The position numbers and the translations under genes are program-made. A stretch of DNA of 31,552 bases, from assembly GCF_006345805.1 (NCBI RefSeq), contig NW_021834078.1:1-31552 (forward strand), read 5' to 3'. This document shows positions 12,350-23,967 of the stretch, piece after piece; position 1 is the first letter of the stretch; every line of letters starts with the position of its first letter. Below the pieces are notes generated by a model. The model worked only from the letters and a program-made list of their open reading frames with translations, was not told where the DNA came from and did not search any database. This stretch comes from Octopus sinensis (taxonomy: Eukaryota).

Positions 12350-12520
12350 GATAACATCGAAAAATACCTTAAGAATGAGAACTCAGATTCGAAATTCCCC
12401 AAGACACCTGATGAAGGCTGGAGGGTATATCGGCCGAAAGTTGTGTTAACAACAAAGATGAGAACAAACATCCATCAAATGTAAATAATGTACATAATTA
12501 CTCATCTCTTAAATATAGAC
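12350..12520 (+). mobile_element. Hammerhead-bearing 3' tail of the tRNA-head/(TAA)n element
   Basis: Follows the second (TAA)n; contains GACAC-CTGATGA(12408-14)-A GGCTG..CGGCC-GAAA(12436-39)-GTT-GTGTT. Confidence 0.75.
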
Positions 12521-12957
12521 TTGTAAAAGAAATAGTGAGGCACTAAGCACAAACTAACAGTAACTATAAAAGCCACTAGTGTATCTTACATGATGTATAT
12601 CCATCACCGAAAGATAGGATATTGTGTGTTGTATCTAAGAGAAAAATCTCTTCATAGACATGTATTAAAAACACAATACATATTAGATGAGGGCGAACAT
12701 TGTCTCAGGAGTTACTAAACTATATATTACAAAAATATTAAGAATCTACCCACCAACGCAAATCTCGCAATCTACAGAGTGTATTTCAGGCGAATAATGT
12801 CATGATAAAATGCCTGAAGCTTAGTATTATGGACATCATAACTGCCATTGTTATATGGGATTCACAAAAGCCAGAGGGAAATAGTGTAGGAAAATATATA
12901 AAAAGCTTACCATAAAACAATGACTTTAGTCACTCGTATACGTTTTTCATACTACTA

Positions 12958-13076
12958 GGTTGAGGGAAAAGTTGGTGCGCCGTGTTAAAATAATGAACTG
13001 AATGAACACACATACATCACAAAAATATATAAAAGAAGCATTATTTTAACACGGCGCACGAACTTTTTCCTCAGCT
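12958..13076. mobile_element. 119-bp Tc1/mariner-type MITE
   Basis: 37-bp TIRs (12959-95 / 13039-75, 3 mismatches), TA at 12956-57 and 13077-78. Confidence 0.8.
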
Positions 13077-13239
13077 TAATAAAACGCGACAGTTAAGCTT
13101 GTATTAACATATCTAATATGGTGGGAATATAATCTCTGATCAGAAATACTTACGCAGTTGGGAAAATCTATTATTTTCGAATTTTAGTATAAACCATTCT
13201 TTTTCTTTTTTCACAATAGCCTGATAAAAACGCTTCTCA

Positions 13240-13850
13240 TCTTTGCTTAGTTTTATCCTGATTGAAACTCATATGTTAAGACCTCGATGAGGTTGATGCA
13301 GAATCTGAAATTACGACGGTTACACTCTCGATCTATTGCATTTCTAGTTTTGGTGGGTGACTTGACGCTAGTAATTATTTTAAAGACGTTGGTTGTCCTT
13401 TACTTTTAGGTGTGACTTTTGCGTATTCTGTTTCTTTTGCGTGCCTTTTTCGTCTCGAATCGTTCATCAGACAAAGAATATTTCGATTGTCGGTGTTGTA
13501 TACTTCGTATTTTTTCGAAGTATCGAGTGTATTAGGTATGTTTCTCGCTTATCGTAATTTTTTTGGTGGCCATAGTTTTGCACTTTCAATTAGTTATTGA
13601 TTAAAGACATAGCTATTGTCTTTCGATTAAAATACTTTTAAGTTCTTGCAGCTGTTTCTCCCTGGTTTCGGGACTCGATACAATTGTGCAAACTCTTACT
13701 ACCAAGATATATTAGTGTTCATGTTTTGGATGTCAGGGAGAGTCTTTCAGATATTATTCTAAGTCTGTTAGTTTGAAGCAGATGTCGGTTTCAATGTCAA
13801 TCTCTTTTTCTATGATTAAGATGTCCAAAAAGCGTAGTTGGTTTTGTGGC
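13240..13850 (-). mobile_element. Penelope-like element fragment: RT C-terminus/thumb to Zn-binding linker
   Basis: Minus frames QLRFLDILII..IETDICFKLTD..YL..S.*HPKH..LVRRVCTIVS, LQELKSILIERQ, KSKGQPTSLK, FCINLIE; many stops. Confidence 0.82.
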
Positions 13851-14529
13851 AGGAATATATAACAATCAGATCACTGCATCTAAATTTGCAATTCGCTAGA
13901 ATATTATTACCTACGCCATCGAATAAATTTGACCAGTCAAGACTTCGCGTGGAACCGGTTACTAAATATTCCCGCTAGAGTTTTGATTATATTCCACCGT
14001 AAATCAGCTACTGTTGGTTTATGTTAATTAAGATTTTAAACTGATTGAGTTGGGTCGAAAATGTGTGTCCCAAGGATGAAACAGTGACTCAGGTAGAGTT
14101 TCCCTAAGGCGAATAGGTATTCATGGAAATTATTGCCGAAAGAATTCCGACAGTAACCCCGGATTCTGATTGGTTGATAGTCTGTGAACGTCATTTGTTT
14201 ATCAAATATCCTGGTCACTTCTTTTTTGACCGACAGTAGTAATACTTATGTGATACACTCACGCGCACACACATACACACACATGTGTGTCTGTGTGTAC
14301 GTGCGCCGAATATATGTGTATTAAACCGTATATTATACATGGTATCAATAATATACAATAAGATAGACTAAATATATTTTCAGAAAATATAAAAGTATAT
14401 TAACTTAAAGCACATACACTCACTTTCATTCATAGACAAATACATGCATACATACACGCATAAATACAAAACTATATAAACATACAAGCATGCATATATA
14501 TTTGTAGAAAATATATCATTGAAACTATA

Positions 14530-14627
14530 AATATATATATATATGTATATATCTATGTGTATATATATGTAAATATATATATACACACACACTATAACAT
14601 ATATATATATATGTATATATACATATA

Positions 14628-14675
<48 letters not shown>

Positions 14676-14676
14676 C

Positions 14677-14714
<38 letters not shown>

Positions 14715-14800
14715 ATTATACATATATATAACATATATACACACACTCATACTTATATATTCCTTTCATATATATACCTACATAACATATATACATACCG
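14530..14800. repeat. (TA)n-rich tract
   Basis: Direct reading. Confidence 0.9.
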
Positions 14801-15459
14801 TCATACAGACGTACAGGCAGGCATAGGAACCTTGCCTGCGGGTGCCATCATTTACAAAGTAAATAATCTACTTTACCGAATACTTTCCCCATTTATACGC
14901 ACACATACATAAACATATGCGTATACATGCATACACATACGTACGTACATACATACACATGTACTTACATATAGACACTTATGCACACACTCATATATAC
15001 GTGTGTGTACATGTGTATGTATGTGTATGTGTGTTTTTGAGTATGTGTGTATGAGTGTGTGTGTGCGTGCGTATACTAGCTAACATAGTTCAGGAGTAAC
15101 AATTCTTTCAACGATTTTCTTATGTTGAAAACATGACTACAATTTATTAAAAAAATACAGTTATTGATGTCTCCAGCATATCTCAATGTGATGTTTCGCT
15201 CGTTTTTTTTTTGGCCACAATATCGAAGCTATTCAACATTTCATAAAAATGTCTACATAAAGATTATGAATTGTTCTCAACACCTAACCCTAGAAAGTTT
15301 ATTGTTCATAATTCTTGACACTGTAAATACGAAACTTTTAAGAGAAGAAAACAAAATCGAAAGCTTGGACAAGTTCTGATGATTCTTTATGATTAAAGAA
15401 CTTTATTGCTTGCAAGCAAAGTATTAAGATAACTGCCGGTTGTGGCAGATGTATTGATA

Positions 15460-15471
15460 TATGTGTGTATG

Positions 15472-15538
<67 letters not shown>

Positions 15539-15748
15539 TATATTATATATATATATATATATATTTACAACATCATATATAGCCATATATATATAAATAT
15601 ATATATACATATATATATACATATATATATACATATATATATATAACATATATATATAATATATTATATATATATATATAGATATATATATATAATATAT
15701 ATATATTTATATATATATTATATATGTCTATATATATATTCATATATG

Positions 15749-15779
<31 letters not shown>

Positions 15780-15790
15780 TATATATAATA
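15460..15790. repeat. (TA)n tract
   Basis: Direct reading. Confidence 0.9.
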
Positions 15791-15792
15791 TA

Positions 15793-15958
15793 GGCGCAGG
15801 CGTGGCTGCGAGGTAAGAAGCTTGCTTCCCAACCACATGGTCCTGGGTTCAGTCCCACTGCATGGCTACCCTAACAAGTGTCTCCTACTATAGGCCTGGA
15901 CCGACTAAAGCCTGGTGAGTGAATTTAGTAGAGGGAATCTCAAAGAAGCCTGCCCTAT

Positions 15959-16008
<50 letters not shown>

Positions 16009-16371
16009 ATAAATGAGGGTGAAAATTGATATTAATTTAATAATACCATTAATTTAACACACCAAGTGGCTTAGCACAAAAAACTAGGGAGATAATACAA
16101 ATTTATACATAAATTATTAAGAGTTACCACTATGTGGATAGCTCTAGTGCTAAAATAGCTCCGTTAGTATAGCCACAGAAAGATGTTTTCCAGTAGAAAT
16201 AACATTACATTTAACGGAAGGAAAGTGAAACAACGAATAAATAGATTTCTTCGTATGTTTCACTTTCCTTCCGTTAATGTATGTTATTTCTACGTGGAAA
16301 CATCTTTTCTGTGATTATACTAACGGAGCTATTTTTAGCACTAGAGCTATCCACATAGTGGTAACTCTCTA

Positions 16372-16427
<56 letters not shown>

Positions 16428-16509
16428 ATTATTATATATTGAGGTATTGCTGGCCACTTGATGAAATTTTTGTAAAAGATTTATCCTATATTAGGAGTAT
16501 GTATATATA

Positions 16510-16553
<44 letters not shown>

Positions 16554-16800
16554 TATACGTGTATATGCGTATGTATAATCTATGCGTGTGTCTTTGCGTC
16601 TGCGTTTGTCTCCCACCATCACTTATTAACTCCTGTTGGTTTGTTTACATATCCATGAATTAGCGGTTCGGCAAAAGACACTAATAGAATAAGTTTTAGG
16701 CTTAATTGATTTCGTTTCGTTTCGTTCGACCAAGGACTTTCCAAACCGGTGTCATAGCATGGCCGCAAACTACTGACTGAAACAAGGAGACGGATAAAAA
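15793..16800 (+). mobile_element. SINE family A split by insertions into its internal (TA)n
   Basis: Head 15793-15955 (GGCGCAGGCGTGGCTG..GGGTTCAGTCCCACTG), tail ~16570-16800 (TTAGCGGTTCGGCAAAAG..GCATGGCCGC..GACTGAAACAAG). Confidence 0.75.
16120..16368. repeat. ~250-bp fold-back, ~118-bp arms with a 12-nt spacer
   Basis: 16120-16237 is the reverse complement of 16250-16368 with 2 substitutions and several 1-nt indels. Confidence 0.93.
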
Positions 16801-16842
16801 GGATATGCTTATGTGTGTGAGTGTGTGTCTGTGTGTGTGTGT

Positions 16843-17003
16843 GTATGGCTGTGTGGCTAAGAAACATGCATTACAACCACATGGTTTTGTGTTCAATCCG
16901 ACTACGTAGAACCTCGGGAAAGTGTCTTCTACTCTAGTCTCGGACCGACCAAAGCCTCGTGAGTGAATTCATCTTACAGAAACTGTGTAGAAGTTCATCG
17001 TAT
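16843..17003 (+). mobile_element. Diverged SINE family A head
   Basis: ATGGCTGTGTGGCTAAG..AACCACATGG..GTGTCTTCTACT..CGACCAAAGCC. Confidence 0.7.
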
Positions 17004-17187
17004 ATACATACATACATACATACATACATACATACATACATACATACATACATACATACATACATACATACATGCATACATACATATATATATGTATGTA
17101 TAGAGTGGTAGGTGTGATGTACAGAAACTGAATATTCAGAAAAAAAGTCGTCAGAATTTCGGAGAAAAATTTCTTTATTTCTTCATT

Positions 17188-17229
17188 ATTATTAGCGCTT
17201 TCGTTCCTTTCTCGAACTTGTCAAATAAT
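17188..17229 (-). ncRNA. Minimal type-I hammerhead-like motif with mutated core
   Basis: Minus: ATTAT-TTGACAA(core, 2 changes from CTGACGA)-GTTC gagaaag GAAC-GAA-AGCGCT(palindrome)-A-ATAAT. Confidence 0.5.
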
Positions 17230-17340
17230 ATTTTATGAACGTACAAAAAGCTTGTTCAGTTATATAAAACGATGTTTTTTTTATTTTTGTTTAGAAGAGA
17301 ACATTGTTTGTGATTTTTGGGGTGGGGTTCCATGACTACT

Positions 17341-17381
17341 CCAGACTGATGACGAGCAAAGACTCAGAAACTAGTCTCTGG
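17341..17381 (+). ncRNA. Minimal type-I hammerhead ribozyme motif
   Basis: CCAGA-CTGATGA-CGAG caaaga CTCA-GAA-ACTAGT(palindromic stem III)-C-TCTGG; GUC cleavage triplet; only the stem II closing pair is mismatched (C.A). Confidence 0.7.
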
Positions 17382-17558
17382 TTGCAGGCTTAGCTGGGTG
17401 GAGATGCTTATCTCCCCCTTGTAAAGATAAGGACACAGGAAATGTGTCAAGGACAACAGGAAGCGTTGCTGCTTCCTAGGGCTAAATGGCAGTGGTGTAA
17501 TTCCCTTCATGGGACTGTCACATTAAGTTGATACAATATACAACTACTTTCTCTCTTC

Positions 17559-17627
<69 letters not shown>

Positions 17628-18179
17628 ATATATATACATACATACATACAAACATACACACACACATGCACACACATATATACACACACACACACACACA
17701 TATATACACACACACAAAAATACATGTTTATAATATATGTATTATGAAGCATATATATAAATATATACATACGCATACACACATACATTTATATATAGAT
17801 ATATACATACATGTATATGTATTATTAAATATATATGTATTATTAAATATATATATGCATACACACACACGCACAGACACATACACACATACAAACATAT
17901 ATGCACACATACATACATGATCGTATGTGTATTATTAATACATACATACACACACACGCACACACACGCGCGCATACACAAATATAAGTATAAACACACA
18001 GATATCTACATACATACCACCCGACAACACATGTATCATACTTTTGAACCGGTGCAGATTTCAGTCACTGAACTACGACCATGCTATTACACCTTTATCG
18101 AGAATTTTAGTCTACTTATAAACTGTAGTACCTCTATCAGTCAAGTGCTGATTTCATTGTAATCGATTTATCGATTTGT

Positions 18180-18402
18180 TAAGTAACTATATATGGTTAC
18201 GGGTTCAGTCCCACTGCATGGCTACCCCAAGTGTCACCGATGCTGGTGTGTTTATGTCCCGACAACTTAGCGATTCGGCAAAAGAGAGCGATAGAATAAG
18301 TACTAGGCTCACAAAGAATAAGTCCTGGGGTCGATTTGCTCGACTAAAGGTGGTGCTCCAGTATGGCCGCAGTCAAATGACTGAAACAAGTAAAAGAGTA
18401 TC
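18180..18402 (+). mobile_element. SINE family A with internal deletion
   Basis: Head part (GGGTTCAGTCCCACTGCATGG..CAAGTGTC) joined directly to a well-preserved tail (ACCGATGCTGGTG..GACTGAAACAAGTAAAAGAG). Confidence 0.8.
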
Positions 18403-18974
18403 TCTCAAGTATAAACATTAGCATTAACTTAGCAATATGGATTTTCAAGACATAGCATTAGACTCTCTCTTTATGTGCTATGTCTACAAGTATCGACCAT
18501 CTCTGGCCTTCATTTCAAAGTCTAAAGATTCAATAATGTTTCTTAGAAAGATACAGCACAAGCATTCTGTTGTCTACTACTGGGTTCGCTTATAGTTTAC
18601 GCTGTTAGTCACCTACTCTCCCGAGCTTGTTCTTGAAGCACAGAGCCTGTTATACTCGTAGACATGCGGTTCGCGTGACATCAGAGAATGTCAACAAACC
18701 AGTGGGGGTGTGTTGCATCTCTAACGGCCAGCTCTCCCTCGATTCCTGAATGCCTTAGCCACAAGACTCTTCTGCTATTTGACCTTTAATCGGGACTCTT
18801 GACAAATTCTGCCTCTACGAGACAGAAAAGACATCTGAGCAGTGGTAACTACGTGGAAGCACTTTACTCCCCAAAACATCTAAATTCCGCAGCTAGAGTC
18901 ACACCGTCGGATGCAGTTTAATGTCTTCCCCAGGAGCATACTTTAGATTAGTCCAACTGAAAGTCAATTAAAGA

Positions 18975-19335
18975 CATTGTTGATATTTATAAACATTCCA
19001 TGCATCCACCATCCACATTTAGAAAATTTGAGGTCAAAATAAGAGAATCTTTAATATAACCTCGGACAGGAATACCTTCAATAAAGCAGCTACATATTAT
19101 AACGATGCACTCATTAGGAGTGGCTTCAGTGAGAGATTAGTTTATATGGATAGGACTCAATTCACTATACAGTAGAGTGGAGCCAAGGAAAGGTATGTAA
19201 TCTGGTTTCATACACCACTCAAGCAAGAAATCATCACGAACGTAGTCAAAGATTTCTTAACCCTAAGATATCCCTTCTTATCACCAGTGCAACTATTATA
19301 AACTGTTCAACTGACAAAATGGTAAGATCAATTAA
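18975..19335 (+). mobile_element. Penelope-like element fragment of a second subgroup (thumb-linker)
   Basis: IYKHSMHPP, RIFNITSDRNTFNKAATYYNDALIRSGF, ERYVIWFHTP..ITNVVKDFLTL, YYKLFN; matches the SNHPP..AAxxYxxALxxSGY..IIWFNPP..TNxxKxFL..KxFN pattern. Confidence 0.75.
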
Positions 19336-19988
19336 TAATTTGTGGATAATATATATTCTCAGATCAAATACTACAACCATCAACACACAATCACACATCC
19401 ACAACTCTCAGTCAATCACTATCTGTCGAATTCCGTATGAATGTTCACAGAAAAGGACCCCCACCTTTCGAAAGAAGTCGTATGCCCAGAGGTTATAGAA
19501 ATCTTAATGCTACTTAAAGGGAGTTTAAGTACTCAGAGACCGTTCCCTTCAACTTCTCCATGCATTCAAGGCAAAAAAAGAAAAAAAAAAGAAAAAAAAA
19601 ACAGGGAAATATTTCAAGTCTGTCACAATTCATGTGTAAACTCAGCGACGAGGACTAGAATGCCATCCAGTAACAAGAAACATTTTGGTGAGTGCAGCAC
19701 CGCATTTCAAGGAAATAATTGAAAACCTCCAAACCCTGAAGCAATTAACAATGTGTCTTAATCGGAGAACGGAGGATCTGACGAACTGCCATCGCCTTCT
19801 GGTAAAAAACTGTTAAGGTTATATCTGACCGTGGAATAATCAGCCACTTCAGTGCGAACAGACAATTCAATCAACTGACAAATCCTCGTCGTCGAAATCG
19901 ACGGAGAACCATCGATATTTGTGTGTATCTTTATATTTATGAGTGTGCGTGTATTTGTGAGTGTGTATATCTGTGAGTCTGTGTGGAG

Positions 19989-19989
<1 letters not shown>

Positions 19990-20050
<61 letters not shown>

Positions 20051-20055
20051 TGTGT
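19990..20055. repeat. (TG)n microsatellite
   Basis: Direct reading. Confidence 0.95.
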
Positions 20056-20671
20056 GTGTAAACAGAGAGAGATAGAGGAAGATAGATAGACAGAGAAAGA
20101 ATAGAAGGACAATTACTTTTTGATGTGCAGTGTATTTATTTCTTGTTAGAAATATTTACGCTAATGCATGTCAGTCAAACACACACACACACACGTATAT
20201 AATTACTGTTGTTTGACCATTGTAAATCCGAACGAAATAGAATAAAATAACAACAGCAACAACAGCAACAACAACAACAACAAAAAACGAAACAAAAGCA
20301 AAAAAAAAAAATTCGGAAAGAATCATTGCCTTGCTTTATGGAGTGTAATGTTTTAAATTAGAGACCGGAGCTTGGAAGGCGACGCTTTATGTAGTTTATC
20401 GAAAACCTTCGTATTCACATGTTGGCAGTTTAAAGAAAAGAACAGCACCATTACAAGGAAGGAAAGACATTTAAAGATACGGCATTGCAATTCCTGCACT
20501 ACGGAATATTAAAATAAAAATTACACAACATGATGTAACACTTTAAGAGGCAAGCAGGTCTCTCTCTATGTATCACGCTTCAGTGACTTGTATCGTATCA
20601 TATCGTATCGTATGCGAGAAGAATACAAAAACATATACAAAACATAATACATATATATATATAGATATATA

Positions 20672-20748
<77 letters not shown>

Positions 20749-21119
20749 GTATGTAACACACACACAACACATATATATATATGTATACATCCATATTTAT
20801 ATATGTTTGTGTGTGTGTGTGTATGTAAGAAGGGAGAGTTAAGAGGGTGAGAGAGATGATAATCACAGCTAGATCGAAGTAACATTGACAGGCAACAGCA
20901 AATCTATTAAATATAGATAAAAACATATAACATCAGTAAAGAAATAAACAGAAAATATAAAAAAAAGAAAAAATACGGAAGAAAATTACTTTTTCGAACT
21001 TTGCTGTATTCTTTTGATCCGGGTAGGATTTCCATGAAAACAAGAAAATCTAAAGGCAAAAATATATACAACAATAATAAATTAATAAAAAAAAAGCAAG
21101 AAAATTAACACTCGTAAAC

Positions 21120-21194
21120 GTACATGCATAATACATACATAATACATACATACACACATACCTACATACATACATACATACATACATACATACA

Positions 21195-21225
<31 letters not shown>

Positions 21226-21538
21226 TTACATATAAATACACGCATGTACCCACATATGCACAAATATATGATAAATATATAACTATATATGGTAACATGC
21301 ACGCAGTAGTGTATATACATGTGTATATGTGTATAAGCAATAAAAGTGTATTATACACACACACGCACAAACACACAAACACACATATATATGCACATAG
21401 TTGTTCATATAAGTATCACTCTTAGCGTCACATCTCCATATGTATATACTGTATTTGTATACATTACGGTATATGTAGATATCTATATATGAGCTCCTAT
21501 ATACATAAATATGCATGTATAGTACTATATATATATAG

Positions 21539-21581
<43 letters not shown>

Positions 21582-21671
21582 GTATGTTTATATATTTGCA
21601 TACGTAATGTACATCTACATACATATATACATATATATATATATGTGTGTGTGTGGTTGTGTATGTATATG

Positions 21672-21721
<50 letters not shown>

Positions 21722-21891
21722 AAGCATACACATGTATTTATGTAATATAAATGTAGCAGTAAGTGTGTTCATGTGTTTGCACATAGAAGAGCTTGTCTGC
21801 TGCGGAAGGTTATGTACATACATACATACTACATACACGACCACACACACACACACACACACACATATGTCTATAAATATTTTATATATAA

Positions 21892-21922
<31 letters not shown>

Positions 21923-22200
21923 AAATATCTAAAGACATGTAGAGATACATATATATAATATATATGTGTATATATATGTATGTATATATGCATATATATA
22001 TACACACACATATATATAGCTAGACATATATATATTTACATACACATATATGTATATATATATATATCTGTATATATATGTATGTATATACACATGTACA
22101 TATATATTCTCACACCCACATGCACACAAACATACACGCACACACACACACACACATATATGTCAGTTTGTATGCACGTATCTAAACATACTGACACACA
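21120..22200. repeat. Extended (TA)/(TACA)/(CA) low-complexity region
   Basis: Direct reading; source of many YIYI ORFs. Confidence 0.85.
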
Positions 22201-22624
22201 CACCTGTTCGAAGCGGAAAAGACATTTCATGTGGCAATAATAATGATCTAGAACTCATCAATTTTTACAATTTCCCATTGCTATATATATATATTTATAT
22301 ATTTTTATGTATACACTTCTGCTTTACGTGGATATTTGCCAGCAAACGGAAATTACAGGTGACCTTTACGTAAGATTACCAACTACTCGCCTCTTGTTGC
22401 TTTATCTTATTAACTCTACATTTCAGATCTAGTTTTCATCTACTTTCTGTTTTTCTCTCGCCGAAGCAGGTTTTATACTTCATTTATCGATGTAGTCAAT
22501 ATATGTACACATGTATGTATGCATGTATGTGTATGAGAGAGTTCACGTATGTATATTTATCTGTACGTATATATATGTACTTCTAAGCATGTTTATATGT
22601 GTATACACACACACACATATATAT

Positions 22625-22627
22625 AAG

Positions 22628-22724
<97 letters not shown>

Positions 22725-22725
22725 G
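22625..22725. repeat. (TCTA)n microsatellite
   Basis: Direct reading. Confidence 0.95.
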
Positions 22726-22875
22726 TAATTACATACTTGTATATGCATGTAATTACATAACGGCACATACATATATACAAACCCATACACATTAATGCAC
22801 ACACTCGTTGAATATATAGCTATATATGTATGTAAGTATGTATAAATTTTCACACACAAATACATGCTTTATGTG

Positions 22876-22913
<38 letters not shown>

Positions 22914-22917
22914 ATAT

Positions 22918-22961
<44 letters not shown>

Positions 22962-23425
22962 GTATATATATACCTTTATATATATATATGTATATACATA
23001 TATATATATAGATATCCATACATATACATATATATAGATATACATACACATATATATATCTATATTATATAAATATATAAATACATATAAGTGTATATAC
23101 ACGCACAAACATAAAGCCATACACATGTACACACACACAAGCGCATGCAAGAATACACACATGTAAACACAAACAATTTGCGCACATAGATATGTAATTT
23201 ACAATGTCATACGTATGTAAACGCTTATAAATGTTACCTTTGCTTTCGGTGATATATCTTACCTGTCTCTAATTTACTCTTCTGATGTCCTCAGATTGCG
23301 CACCTAGCTTTGTCGATATTGGAATTGGTGTTGAAATATCAATAGTTTCTGCTGTGGCCGCGATCGATGGAAACTTCATTGCCAATTGCCAATAGCTGTG
23401 CAGCAGAACGCAACGACAGGAATAC

Positions 23426-23900
23426 GAAGAAGACGAAGAAGACAAAGAAGAAGAAGAAGAAGAAGAAGAAGAAGAAGAAAAGAAGAAGAAGAAAAAGACA
23501 AAGAAGAAAAAAGAAGAAGACGAAGAAGAAGGAGACGAAGAAGAAGGAGAAGAAAAAGAAGAGAAAGAAGAAAAGAAGAAGAAAAAGAAGTGGAAGAAGA
23601 AGACGAGAACACGGAGAAGAAGGAGAAGAAAAAGAAGAAAAAGAAGAAAAGAAGAAGAAGGACACGAAGAAGTCGAGCAAGAAAAAGAAGAAAACGAAGA
23701 AGAAAAAGAACGAAAAGAAGGAAGAAGAAGTAACGATAGTAACATGAATTACATGAAGCAACAAAACAGCGTCATTGACAACCAACAACAACACTGCCAC
23801 CACCACTACCACCACCACTACCACCACCACTACCACCACCACACCACTACCACCAGCAAAAACAACAACAACAACAATATTAACAACAACAATAATAACC
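23426..23900. repeat. Degenerate (AAG)n purine tract followed by (ACC)n/(AAC)n
   Basis: Direct reading; explains the poly-K/R/E/S/F and poly-T ORFs. Confidence 0.93.
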
Positions 23901-23967
23901 AACTTTGAAATGAGTTGTGTATTTATTAGTTTATGTTTTTCTTTCTCTTTTTATCTTTTGTTATTAG

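Noticed and set aside
12520-12720. Possible GIY-YIG C-terminal remnant (ISITER, YCVLYLREKS)
   Set aside because: Too degenerate, and the motifs lie in different frames; not supportable without alignment.
13450-13475. Minus-strand CTGATGA..GAGAC
   Set aside because: It lies within PLE coding sequence and has no stem I; likely chance.
14817-14839. GC-rich hairpin GCAGGCA..TGCCTGC (Helitron 3' end or terminator?)
   Set aside because: No CTRR end or U-tract nearby; an isolated short hairpin.
15370-15405. CTGATGA followed by a TTCTTTA/TAAAGAA hairpin
   Set aside because: No GAAA, stem III or stem I, so it is not a hammerhead.
19380-19860. Possible further PLE linker fragment and decayed hammerhead (CTGACGA near 19787)
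   Set aside because: Only weak peptide similarity; GAAA and stem I are absent.
23367-23747. Lys/Arg/Glu-rich 126-aa ORF resembling a protamine or nucleolar protein
   Set aside because: It is a degenerate (AAG)n tract that is open in several frames on both strands.
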